This document shows, in pieces, positions 13,350 to 34,767 of a stretch of DNA of 64,000 bases; the first letter of the stretch is position 1; every line of letters starts with the position of its first letter. Origin of the DNA: Hormiphora californensis. Taxonomy: Eukaryota; Animalia; Ctenophora. Location of the stretch: the NCBI GenBank assembly GCA_020137815.1, contig CM035350.1, forward strand, positions 868,001 to 932,000, given 5' to 3'. The translations under genes were made by a program, and so were the position numbers. Below the pieces are notes generated by a model. That model did no database searches. It was given only the letters and a program-made list of their open reading frames with translations, and was not told the DNA's origin.

Positions 13350-13654
13350 GATGAGGCAATATATTTGTCAATCGCGATAGATGGTTTTAAGGTGACCCTT
13401 CTAAGTAGATACAATTTACATTTCGTTGAGTGTCTGTATTGTCAAAACAATGGGTCACAAAATGAGGGCGCGATCACACCAAGATCTTCGAAAGAATTCT
13501 TTCGAAGCACCAAACCCAATCACACCAAAAAGCTTCGTTTGGTTCTTGCGTGCGTATGTCTATTGCTAGTTTTTTTTTGAAAAACCGGGTTGACCGGGCC
13601 CATTAATACGGAATATAACAATAAGTGTAATCAGTACATAAAGGTTAAAATAAA

Positions 13655-16600
13655 TTAATTCGTTGCATTGTTTTTAATCAAGTATAAAATATTAAAATCA
13701 TTCCTGTCTGTAAACCGTTTAGGACTGGAACCTCGGTGACCACGGAGGCTGACAACAAGGGTTTTCAAGAGACAAAATGATAAACGTTGCCGGATATACC
13801 TTATTGAGTCTGGGTATGATTGACCGGTTTTCTCAGAAAGACGATAAGCTATCTGTTTGTATAGTTTGTCAGCTTCATTACCAACGATACCGGATGTAGA
13901 GAAGACGACGGGAGTAAAATAGCTTTTTTCCACCTGGAGGATGCGCTCTCCGTAGGCCCGTTTCTTCTCAACCTCGTGTTTCTTCAAGACCTTATCAACT
14001 GATAGAGATTTGTTTGTTGGCGCCCTAGAGTTGAAGATGCGAACATCGAGGAACAGTTTTGACATGTCAGTTTTTGACCAAACGCCACGAGCTGAAACGT
14101 CGAGACGAGCTTCATCTGTTTTGATGGCAGTTTCATATTTGAGGGTCTCCCCGGTGAGAGGCAACAAGTGGGGTTCTACAACAACGTCTCTGCAACCGGC
14201 CTCAACTAGCAGATTTGCGGTCAGGTCTCGGATCTGATTGTGCCTGAGATTAACATAGCCCCCACGAGCACAAGATAGGCAGTGTTCGATGGAATTCACT
14301 TTGCCACAAGCACAGTGGTTAGGGAAATCATGGAGAGCCAGATCGTACCGCAAAGCTAGAGCATCCCAGAATTCTGATTTGTTGAGGTTGAAACCATGCT
14401 CCGCCAGGGGGAGACTAGTTAGCCAGGTGGACGAGCCACGTTTGCACAGTTCTTCATGAAGTCTCAGCTGGTCTGGACACAGTTTCTCAGCAACCGCCGC
14501 TAACTGTTTCTTGTTGGACATAGTTTTAGCATATGCAACCTCTTCCTTGGCCACCTTCAAGCTCTTGGCAACTGACACGAATCTCTCTTCAGTAATGGTT
14601 GTGTTCTGTTCGATTATTATCTTTGAGAGAGGTGTAGTTGCAACAAGGGATCGCTGGTGCTCAAGGTCAGCGGCTGCACAAGGGTTGTCGATGCCAAGTC
14701 CCCCATTCCTGCACGGTAGTGAAAAACGTTCCCGGTGGAGAGGGGTAAAATGGTTGTTCACTGCTGCTGGAAGAAACAAGGTCGTGATTGCTGACTCCAG
14801 GGGTGCAAAAAGTTCTGAGATGTTTGGTGTTGTCCTCATCAGAAAAAGCCAGCGTTTAGAGAGTCCCATGCAGAAACCTGTGTAGGCAGCCTGGGGCTCT
14901 GTGTTGGCAATGTTTGCGATGGCCTGCACGTCTTCAACCCAACGTTGAATTTCCGGCAGGTGCACAGTTGCTCGACAGCCTATTTCTGGCTGCTATTTCT
15001 GGCTGCTATTTCTGGCTGCTATTTCTGGCTGCAAGACCTATTTCTGGCTGCTAGACCTATTTCTGGCTGCAAGCAGCCAGAAATATATTTTAGCAGCCAG
15101 AAATAGGGTCTAGCAGCCAGAAATAGGTTTTCTCTCACGTGATCTCTCTATCTCTGTATGGGATACGAGAGACGAATCGGTGAAGTGATTTGGTATCTGT
15201 AACTGTAATTGGGTATGGGATACGGGAGACGAATCGGTGAAATAATTCGGTATCTGCAACTAATTTGGTATGGGATACGGGAAACGAATCGGTGAAGTGA
15301 TTCGGTATCTGCAACTAACTGGGTATGGGATACGAGAGGCACCTCTTTTGTTTTACCGGTCCCCTAGCTCCAAACTTGAAATTTACGCCATCGAATATGT
15401 GTTATCACACCCATTGCGTCAAATCACCGATAAATAGATCTCTTATCGTGTAACTTTTCATGCCTCTTGTCACAAACAAGGTGGATGGGACCCATTATGA
15501 CAATCCATTATAATAAAAGGCCAAATTTTTGACGTCAAGGCATCGCAATCAATTATGCCGCCACCGGACAGCTCCTATGCTATACCTTCTCTCCCACGAA
15601 ACGACAAAACCACGAACACTCCTTGATCGGGAACAACATCGAGGAGGAGCCTCGACATTTGCTCCCTCTGTATGGAGGGAAGACACCAGCTTCAGGCCTG
15701 CCCTCCGAACAGGCCCACATCTCCGCTCCGGATCCTGCGGCGTTTCAACCTGTGTGCCTGCCGGGAGGTATCGAGGACCGTAAACCTGAATCCGAATACC
15801 CACATGCACATCGAGAGGACCATAGTGGACCAGTTCCTATGCGACCACCATCTTCCTCGCCAACACGTCCAGCAGCAGCGCCTGACTGAGGACAACGCCA
15901 TACTCGATCTGCAACTAATTTGGCAGGTCCCGTATCCCATACCCAATTAGTTGCAAATATCGAATCATTTCACCGATTCGTCTCCCGTATCCATACCCAA
16001 TTAGTTGCAGATACCGAATTACTTCACCGATTCGTCTCTCGTATCCCATACAGAGATAGAGAGATCACGTGAGAGAAACCCTATTTCTGGCTGCTAAAAT
16101 ATATTTCTGGCTGCTTGCAGCCAGAAATAGGTCTAGCAGCCAGAAATAGCAGCCAGAAATAGGTCTTGCAGCCAGAAATAGCAGCCAGAAATAGCAGCCA
16201 GAAATAGCAGCCAGAAATAGACTGTCGAGCAACTGTGCACCTGCCGAATTTCCTTACATGCATAGTCCCGCTGGAATTCAAGAGACCCTATGGGGGCACC
16301 AAGGTAACGATGACCGTCAGATTTGATGATGACGTCAGTGTCTGCGAATATAGATGTAGCCTCCTCAAGGTGTTCTGGCTTAACAATGAGCACAGATTTG
16401 TCAGGGCGGGGGAAATACCCATAACCGGGACCGTTGGTTACCAATGAATCCCACCACTCTCTAACACCCATAAGAGTACCCGCAGCAGCACCATCGTCAG
16501 CATAAAATATTTGATTAGGGGGAGTGGCAGAAAGTTTTTCAATTAGCGGACGGAGACTGATGCAATAAAAGGGTGAAGCAATATTACACCCTTGGGTAGT

Positions 16601-19600
16601 CCCTTCTGAAGACAGAAGAATGGTACCATCCGAGAGAAAGAGGCGAACTGGAGACCGATATAGATTTATGGCAAAGATTGAGAGTGCTGGACATAAATAC
16701 CTCAAGTTGACCAGAGCAGTCTCTCTGTTTAGGACATTAAAGGCATTACGGGCGTCAGCAAGTAAAACAGCCTGACAGTTATCATCGTCAAAAAAGTGTC
16801 GCATTGAATGAACTGCAGCCTCGGCCCCACCTTGTTGTCCAGCAGCGAGTTGTAGCGGGCCAGCAGCATGGATGATCTCTGGTTTCAGATGCTGGGCAAC
16901 AGCTCGGCCAACTATTCGACGGAGGACCTCACCAACCCCAATGGGACGGACACCCGGATTCTTGTCGAGTGCAATCAGTTTGCAGGACAGAAGGGCCGAA
17001 AGGGAACTCGGGTCAACATACACGGTGCACAATCGCCTGGTCATAAGGGCAACTTCGTGTGCCAGAGTATCAGAGGACTTCCCAAAAGCCTTACTGCACA
17101 GGAGACGGGACCAAAGTTGATAAGACATACCGCTAGGGCCAGAGCCGCCTTTGGTGGCAGCAGCAGCTCGCCTTATGGAGTCTGAGTTAAGGTCATGGAA
17201 GATGGCAGGTTGGAAAACAGGTGGGGGTTTTTCCGAGACAACATGGTCAGGACTGAGGGGAGCTGCCTCTGGGTGTTTGTCTTTGAGACTCTGAATAATT
17301 TCAGGTGTTATCTCTGGTGTAAACTAGGGATCTCTGAGGGGGGATATGGGTGACCGGGGCACGCGTGACGGGGGGTGACTCACCGGGTAAATGGGTTCCG
17401 TGGCGAGCTCCGGGGCCTCCAGCGGCGTTGGGTGACACAGGTAGATACAAACAACCGGATATGGGAGTGCGGATGAATGAGGGGTTCCCGAGGGGATGGC
17501 GTGAGTCCTATCTGGGTGATATGGGAACTCGAGATGCCGCGGGAAAAAGTGTGTAGAAGAAGTGCCGATCTCGAGTTCTTCCGGGAGCACGACCATCCCA
17601 ACCGCCCAACTCGGACCGTCAAAACGGCCGAATTGCGCGGCTCAAATGCCCGGCGCCCAGAATGCATCGTAGTGTGGCAATCTCCGCGCGCTACGTAGAA
17701 ATGGAGAAAAAAGCGGGGGATTGCCACGCCACGATACACCATATGCCCAGACAGAAATATGAGGCGTGCAACTCCCACCTAATGTGGGTGTTGCCAGGCT
17801 CACACCATCCGATCACGAACCCCCTACCCAAAACTCGAAAGAAGTGAAATAATAAATACCATAAATATGTACAAAATGAGCCCAAAATATAAAAATAATG
17901 TCACCAAGCCACACTTGCTACTCCTACACTCTCACACTACAAACAAACGAACTGCGCACTACAAAACTCACTACACATACACTCACCATACACCATGTGC
18001 CCAGACAGAAATAAGATCTGGGACACAACCTAAAAAAATTAAAAACATTAAAAAATCACACACACAATTATAAAATAAATTAAAAAGGGGAACAGTCTTA
18101 TCTGCCCAAAGTGTCTAAAAAGCCAGGGGGAGGGATGAGACGGGGTGGAAGTGTCTCATGGCAGGTATCGGTCAGCTGTCCTATCCATCCTCTGCTCTCC
18201 CGGACCCTAAACCCAGGAACCTCCGGTCCACTCTCGCTAAGGGTTGCTAAGTGTTAGGGGGGAGAGGTGGAAGGTGAACTTCCTATAACAACTAGGGGAA
18301 GGTAAATCTTCCTAACTAAACTGGGTGGAAGGTATCTTCCTAATTAGATAGGGGTGGAAGGTGAACTTCCTAACTAGTGAGAAGGTTCCTTCTCTTACCT
18401 AATGTCGGCCGGGTGCAGGCCACCGGTGTCTCCTCCTCATAACAGCTGGGAGGGTAGCTGCTTGGCGTACCACTGCCTCGGCGGCTCCCAGGAGGATGTC
18501 GGTGGGGTGCTCCGATACGGCCTTTTCCAGTAGGGTGAGGAAGAGTTGGAGCCCAAAGAACAGCCCCTTAACCCGCTTGGGGTTGGATCTCTTCCTATCT
18601 CCCCATAGTCCCCTATACCGTCTGACCTCCTTCCACGCGGTCAGTACTTCCCGGCAGCCGTTGGACAAGGCCGCGGATCTAGAAGCCAGGGATTGGCCTC
18701 CGGTGTGGTTGATCCGGTTGAGGGCCCTGTCCAAGGCTTGTTGGTGGGGTGTCAGGGCATCGGGGGGAAATACCCCCTCTCGGTCAAAGCGGTCTAGCCT
18801 GTGGTCCCACCATCTCATCACCTGGTGGTGAGTCAGGTCCGGGCTGGTGAAGTTCAAGGCCAGGTCAGGGTCGGGAGGTGGGGCATGGTCCGGGTTGGGA
18901 GGTGGGGCTCCGTCCTCTCTGGGGCCCAGTCTCTCCCTGATATCCCTCCTCTCTGGTGCCTCTCCCTGTTGTTGAGGTGGCGGGGTGGCAGGTCGAGGAG
19001 CAACAGCGACGGCAGCAGCAGCGGCAGCAGGGGGAGTCCTGTGTCGAGGGGCAGCATCAGCGGCGGCAGCAGGGGGTGCCCTGTTTGGCCCGATCCGGTG
19101 CCTCAGATCGTTGGGGTCAGCGGGCATGACTGGGGGGCGGTCACGGGTGTCAGGTGAACTGATCGGGGACCTCTCTCTCCTGCTCTCTTGGGTTGGAGGG
19201 GTGATGGGGCGGTGAGCGGCACCAGCTGGTGACCCGTCCCTAGGCCGGCTCCTCTCCGTCCAATTCTCCTGGGGTGGAGGGGCGATGGGGCGGTTAACAG
19301 GGGGAGGGGGCGGCGGTGGTGGGGCGCTAAATATGACGCCGTGTTGCGGGGGAATGGTGGGGTAGTGAGGGGCTTGGGGTGAAACCCAAGTCCCCTGGGT
19401 CCATTCCTGAGGGTGGTGGGCCACTGGGGGGAGATGGGGTGGAACCCAAGTCCTCTGGTCGAACTCCTGATGGTGAGGTCTGTAGGAGTGTTGGACCACC
19501 GGAGGGGGTGTCCCCCATCCTTGTCCCCAATCCTCCTGCTGTGGCTGGTACCAGGGCTGGTGGTTCATGGGAGGGGGTGGTGTCACCCTGCTCCTCTGGT

Positions 19601-21963
19601 ACTCCTGGGGTGGAGCCATGAAGGGGCGGAACTCCACGGGATGGGGTGGTGTCACCCTGCTCCTCTGATACTCCTGGGGTGGAGCCATGAAGGGGCGGAA
19701 TTCCACGGGAGGGGGTGGTGGTCTGCTCCTCATCCTCATGTTCTCCTGGGGTTGGGGGGCGGGGGGTCGGATAATGACGGGAGGGGGAGGTGGCGGCCTC
19801 ACTGGTACCCTTCCCGCGGAGTGGAGGGGGGTGGAGGGGGAGTCACCCTTGTTGTAGGGGTGAAGTCGCCCCGGCCTCAAGGGCTTCAGGAGGTGCTGCA
19901 CTTCTTGGTGCTGTCGAGCTCGCTCCTCTTTCTCCCTCGCCTCGCACTTCAGGAGGGCTGCCAGCTTCTCCTCGTGCAATCTCCTCACCGTGTCATACTC
20001 TGCCCTCCTAATTTCGGTCTCCAGCTGCAGCTCCTCCACCCTGTTGTACTGCCTGGGGGCTAAGGGTGGTGGCTGCACGTAGAGGGGTGCAGGACCCGTC
20101 CTGGCCGGTGACTCGAAGTTTGGGACGGGAAGGTCCGTCCCAGAGGAGGTGTCCATGGGAGTGTCCTGGACCGGTACAGTACGGGCCTCTTCCTGTTCAC
20201 CTGTTCCGGGTGTAGGTGGGGCAGTCCTGGTGTCAGGAGCTGCCGTCCGGTCCGGAGCTGTGGCGGGGGTTGGTATGGCAGTCCTGGTGACAGGAGCAGT
20301 GGTGGGGGTATGAATGACAGTCCTGGTGACAGGAGCTGTGGTGGGGGTAGGTTGGGCAGTCCTGGTGACAGGATCTGTGGCGGGGGTAGGTACGGCAGTC
20401 CTGGTGACAGGATCTGTGGCGGTGGTAGGTACGGCAGTCCTGGTGACAGGAGCTGAGACGGGGTCAGAGGAGGAGGTGGGCAACGCGGGAGGAACCGCGC
20501 TGGGGTCAAGCAGGATTGCTGCCTCCTCTTCTTCCGTTACCTCCATCACGATAGGGGTGTCCTCCCATCCTCTGGTGTCCAGGGGGGTGAGGGTGGAGGG
20601 GGGAGCGGTCCGAAACTCCTCTATCTCCGCCTCAGAGGGTTGGTGTGTTACTGACTCCCCCTTACGGAGAGCCTTCCTCTGTTTCCCCCGGAAGGACGAC
20701 CCCGTAGTAGATTCCTCCTCTGGTGCTTCCTCCACGGCCTCTACTACTTTGGCCTGGTTGTCGATCTGGAGGGTCTGGCGGAGGTGGATGCCCCGAAGCC
20801 ACCAGTTGGTGTAAACTAGGGATCTCTGAGGGGGGATATGGGTGACCGGGGCACGCGTGACGGGGGGTGACTCACCGGGTAAATGGGTTCCGTGGCGAGC
20901 TCCGGGGCCTCCAGCGGCGTTGGGTGACACAGGTAGATACAAACAACCGGATATGGGAGTGCGGATGAATGAGGGGTTCCCGAGGGGATGGCGTGAGTCC
21001 TATCTGGGTGATATGGGAACTCGAGATGCCGCGGGAAAAAGTGTGTAGAAGAAGTGCCGATCTCGAGTTCTTCCGGGAGCACGACCATCCCAACCGCCCA
21101 ACTCGGACCGTCAAAACGGCCGAATTGCGCGGCTCAAATGCCCGGCGCCCAGAATGCATCGTAGTGTGGCAATCTCCGCGCGCTACGTAGAAATGGAGAA
21201 AAAAGCGGGGGATTGCCACGCCACGATACACCATCTCAAGGGCTGCAGACGGGGTGGCACTAAGCAGCCGCATTGCAGCTCCAACTCTCCCTGTGAACAT
21301 CATACGGGCAAAGCCCTTTCTGTTCTCCGATGCTGTAGTTTTGGGTAATCTGGACTGAATGACCGTGCACTCGGATAGTAAAGTGTCAAAATCACCGGCT
21401 TGCCAGAGAGGTAAACGTCTGAGTAGGGCAGCTGAATGTTCGGCTGGTTTAGACTTTTTACCAGGGTTTTGCAACAGGAGAGGACCCATGAGATGGATGG
21501 CGGTCAGAGCAACACTCTCAAGGCCAGAAGAAGAGTTCCATTCCTTGATGAGCCGGGTGCATTCAGTTATAAACTGCTTGCCGGAACTTCCGGAAGGAAG
21601 CTTGAAAAGGTTGGGACGGAAAGTGGAAATAGAGACGAGGAGGCGTGAGAAGGAATCAGAAAGAGCTAGGCCTGACAGCTTACCCCATGATGTCTTGAGG
21701 GGAGCTGCAGGTATAAAGTTAGGAAGCCTAATACAGCTGGGACAGTACCAGTCAGGTTTGGCAGTAACTTTGGCATAGTCTGAGTCCGGGATACCAACAC
21801 ACTTTAAATGGAACCAACCGTTACAATTGTCACAAGCTACACAGGGGATGTCATCTTCTTCGTACAAGTAGACATTACATGCTGGGCAGTTGTAGCGTGG
21901 ATCCGAGGACGAGGAAGGGGGAACGCTGGTCTTGTTCGTTCTCCTCTTCAAACCTTTCGTCAT
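13655..21963 (-). CDS. CRE ORF in three pieces (21963-21234, 17310-16246, 14946-13655): PHD finger, reverse transcriptase, CCHC knuckle, restriction-like endonuclease; about 1,028 aa
   Basis: PHD CPAC..CVACDNC..WFHLKC..WYCPSC; RT KNPGVRPIGVGEVLRR, DARNAFN, GTTQG, FYADD, YLG; CACG..EHCLSC; RLE RHNQIRD..RLDV..FLDV..HEVEKKRAY. Both junctions rejoin in frame (SAALE|ITPEIIQSLKDKHP and YACKEI|QRWVEDV). Confidence 0.9.
14955..16245. mobile_element. Foldback-type non-autonomous DNA transposon inserted just after the CRE RT core
   Basis: Long TIRs (about 350 bp) starting GGCAGGTGCACAGTTGCTCGACAG, with 13-bp TATTTCTGGCTGC subrepeats; 8-bp TSD GAATTTCC (14947-14954, 16246-16253). Confidence 0.9.
17315..21233 (-). 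mobile_element. Non-autonomous LTR element (427-bp LTRs at 17315-17741 and 20807-21233) inserted in the CRE ORF
   Basis: Apparently identical LTRs with TGGTGT...ACACCA ends; 4-bp TSD TCTC; PBS-like TGGTGGCTTCGGGG 2 nt inside the minus-strand 5' LTR. Confidence 0.9.
18399..20942 (-). CDS. Pro/Thr-rich orphan ORF of the LTR element (first in-frame ATG at 20546)
   Basis: 847-codon open frame with 11-aa APVTRTAVPTT-type repeats, a coiled coil, poly-Pro and a helical C-terminus. No protease, RT, integrase or CCHC motif seen. Confidence 0.65.
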   Translation of the reverse strand: MYLPVSPNAAGGPGARHGTHLPGESPPVTRAPVTHIPPQRSLVYTNWWLRGIHLRQTLQIDNQAKVVEAVEEAPEEESTTGSSFRGKQRKALRKGESVTHQPSEAEIEEFRTAPPSTLTPLDTRGWEDTPIVMEVTEEEEAAILLDPSAVPPALPTSSSDPVSAPVTRTAVPTTATDPVTRTAVPTPATDPVTRTAQPTPTTAPVTRTVIHTPTTAPVTRTAIPTPATAPDRTAAPDTRTAPPTPGTGEQEEARTVPVQDTPMDTSSGTDLPVPNFESPARTGPAPLYVQPPPLAPRQYNRVEELQLETEIRRAEYDTVRRLHEEKLAALLKCEAREKEERARQHQEVQHLLKPLRPGRLHPYNKGDSPSTPLHSAGRVPVRPPPPPPVIIRPPAPQPQENMRMRSRPPPPPVEFRPFMAPPQEYQRSRVTPPHPVEFRPFMAPPQEYQRSRVTPPPPMNHQPWYQPQQEDWGQGWGTPPPVVQHSYRPHHQEFDQRTWVPPHLPPVAHHPQEWTQGTWVSPQAPHYPTIPPQHGVIFSAPPPPPPPPVNRPIAPPPQENWTERSRPRDGSPAGAAHRPITPPTQESRRERSPISSPDTRDRPPVMPADPNDLRHRIGPNRAPPAAAADAAPRHRTPPAAAAAAVAVAPRPATPPPQQQGEAPERRDIRERLGPREDGAPPPNPDHAPPPDPDLALNFTSPDLTHHQVMRWWDHRLDRFDREGVFPPDALTPHQQALDRALNRINHTGGQSLASRSAALSNGCREVLTAWKEVRRYRGLWGDRKRSNPKRVKGLFFGLQLFLTLLEKAVSEHPTDILLGAAEAVVRQAATLPAVMRRRHRWPAPGRH

Positions 21964-22004
21964 CACTATACCTAACCGACCGCGAGGGCCGGGTTGGAAG
22001 AGAT

Positions 22005-22047
22005 CTCAAATTAATTTGTTTAAAGTAGTGTTGAAAAGTTTGAAACT
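22005..22047 (-). other. Genomic copy of the ctenophore spliced-leader exon fused to the CRE 5' UTR
   Basis: Minus strand reads AGTTTCAAACTTTTCAACACTACTTTAAACAAATTAATTTGAG, matching the ctenophore SL as recalled. It is followed by ATCTC, not by a GT donor. Confidence 0.85.
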
Positions 22048-22500
22048 ATTGCTAGTTTTGACTCTGACGACAGTGAAAAGTATACAACAGCCATCCGCGC
22101 GCAAGAACCAAACGAAGCTTTTTGGTGTGATTGGGTTTGGTGCTTCGAAAGAATTCTTTCGAAGATCTTGGTGTGATCGCGCCCTGAATTGGCTTTCAAG
22201 TTTCAACTTCAAAAAAAACAGTTTACATTTTACCAATCGCTAGGGGCGTGCGTGGTGTACCAGGAGTGGTGAATTATGCAGCCATTCTTTATTGTGTCTC
22301 TACCTCTTTTCTCCGTGTCCTATCGCAATATAGGTACCTATGGTACACCCGCACACTTGTTCCTTTTCATCTTTAGTTTACATTTTACTCATTAGCTTTC
22401 CCAGGCTTTCTTTACATTGTTGAGTAGTATTGTTAGATTTGGTTTTAACTCTTACACATTCTATCACCTAGGGATGAGTATGCCACGCTGAACAAGTCTT

Positions 22501-32911
<10,411 letters not shown>

Positions 32912-33589
32912 CACTTCATGGTTTGACTTTGAGTCCGGTTTGGCATTAATTAACTGTCATGGTTTGAGTTCTGTTTGGGATGTATGATATTGTGTGTGGG
33001 TGTACTAAAGTTGAATTTGTGTATAGTTTTTGTGTAGGCACTAGGCATGTGTAAATAATGTAGTAAGTTTAGTATGCATGTAATATATGGTAAACGTGTA
33101 TTATATTAGTCTTATTTATCTGTAGCATTGCATGTTTATAACTTAAACTGTATCATTTATTCAATTGCTTAAGGGTTACGGGTGTATCTAAACATTCAAT
33201 TTGTGTATTAAACTGTTTATGAACTCAAAGAAGCTTCTTTCTTATTTAGTAAGTTGCCAATGCATGGTGATCGGTATTGGTGAAGCTGGACCGCGCGAGA
33301 TCTTGAGGAGTGCTTTGCTGCTCCATGTGCGCGTGTGTCACAAGGCCAGGTGCGCGCCGCTAAAATTATGAATAAAAAATGAAATTCATTTCGTGTTTTT
33401 TCAAGTTCCAAAAGTTAAAAAGTCACTCAAAAATTCAAAACTTAAAGTCTGTACCTCCTGCTGGCTGCTGCTGGTAATTTTACAATCACCCATTAGGGGA
33501 CCACCGACCATGATTTGATTCTCTTGATAAGGGATACTGTGCTAGATATCTAAAGATTTAACTCCAAGTTAATTGTTTTTAGTTGTAGC

Positions 33590-34519
33590 ATGGCGTGTGC
33601 TGTTGATCCCCGAATGATGGACCTCGTCTGGACTGACCGGTATGAGTATGAGGCTGTCATGCACAAGCGACCTGCATGCTCTCAGGCCGAGCCCTCTGCT
33701 ACGGAAGGTGCTGCCACTACCACTACCTCATCTGCTGTTACCGGCAGCTGTAAGTTAAAGGGAATCTGATAAGGTTATCATTTCTAATTAAACTGATACT
33801 GATTGTTTTCGATTACTGCATTACTAACCGAACTATCCCTCAGCTGTTGTTGCTGAGCTGGAGGCAGCCCGAGGATTCATCAGGGCATCTCTTGGTGCTG
33901 AGAAGAAGCCCACTACCCAGGAGACCCTGTTGGAGCGTGCTACCTACCTGGAGTCCTCCAACAAGGCCCTAAAGAAGCTGGTAGAGGATCTCCAGAAGAG
34001 GATCACCTCTATGGAGGGTACTTGTTCAGGGTGGTGCCAAGGTGTCTGCTGCCCCCACCAAGGCTGCTGCTGCCCCTGCTGCCAAGAAGGTCGAGGAGAG
34101 CGATGATGATGATTTCAAATTCTCTGATGATGAGGATGAGAAACCCGCCGCCCCCAAGGAGACCGAGATGCAGAAAATGAAGCGCCTCGCGGCCGAGAAG
34201 AAAGCTGCAGCTGAGGCTGACAAGAAGGCCAAGGACAAGAAGAAGCCCGTCCTGAAGTCCAACGTTATCCTAGATGTGAAGCCCTGGGACGATGAGACCG
34301 ACATGAAGGAGCTGGAGAAGGCCGTGCGAGGTGTTGAAATGGAGGGACTTGTTTGGGGTAGCTCTAAACTCGTTGAGATCGGATTCGGAATCAAGAAGCT
34401 GCAGATCAGTACCTGTATTGTGGATGATTTGGTTGGTCCTCTATGATCTGGAGGACAACATCAGCGCCCTGGAAGACTTCGTCCAGTCTGTCGATATTGC
34501 ATCTCACAACAAGATCTAA
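33590..34519 (+). CDS. EEF1D: Elongation factor 1-delta (eEF1B family) with apparent single-base frameshifts
   Basis: N-terminal VWTDRYEYE, leucine zipper, acidic ESDDDDF, GEF domain [25 protein letters not shown]...[12 protein letters not shown]. Confidence 0.85.
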
Positions 34520-34767
34520 ATGCGTTTATTGTACAAAGTTTCCCTCTTTAATTTTATTTTGGTTTTGAATCCGCAAATATAATCTGCTTTGTGTTTCTAA
34601 TTTCTCTGGACCTCCACCTTCACATCTATCAGATTTGCTCAGTCCAATTCGTTCACCATTTCACAATTTTTCACAACTTTAAGTTTGGTTCAATTCTTTC
34701 CCTCATGCAGCTAACCATGTAGTATTGTCCTAACCCTTCCAAATTCCCGTGATTCTAGAGTAGCATC

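Larger units (their letters stand above)
13574..22047 (-). mobile_element. Full-length CRE-clade (RLE-type) non-LTR retrotransposon with a 5' spliced leader
   Basis: 14-bp TSD CTATTGCTAGTTTT at 13560-13573 and 22046-22059; poly(A) tail (T9 at 13570-13578 on +); a single ORF interrupted by two insertions. Confidence 0.9.
13466..22184. mobile_element. PIF/Harbinger-like MITE (about 230 bp when empty), split by the CRE retrotransposon
   Basis: ~90-bp TIRs GGGCGCGATCACACCAAGATCTTCGAAAGAATTCTTTCGAAG... at 13466 and ending at 22184; 3-bp TSD TGA. Confidence 0.85.

Noticed and set aside
20872-21233. C-terminal extension of the 364-aa PHD ORF
   Set aside because: Read-through into the inserted LTR; the true frame resumes at 17310.
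22005-22047. An SL RNA gene targeted by the CRE, as in trypanosomes
   Set aside because: No GT donor or SL intron follows the leader on either side of the insertion, and the leader lies inside the TSDs.
13466-22184. A novel TIR-bounded reverse-transcriptase transposon
   Set aside because: The RT element has its own 14-bp TSD and poly(A) inside the TIRs, so the TIRs belong to a pre-existing MITE.
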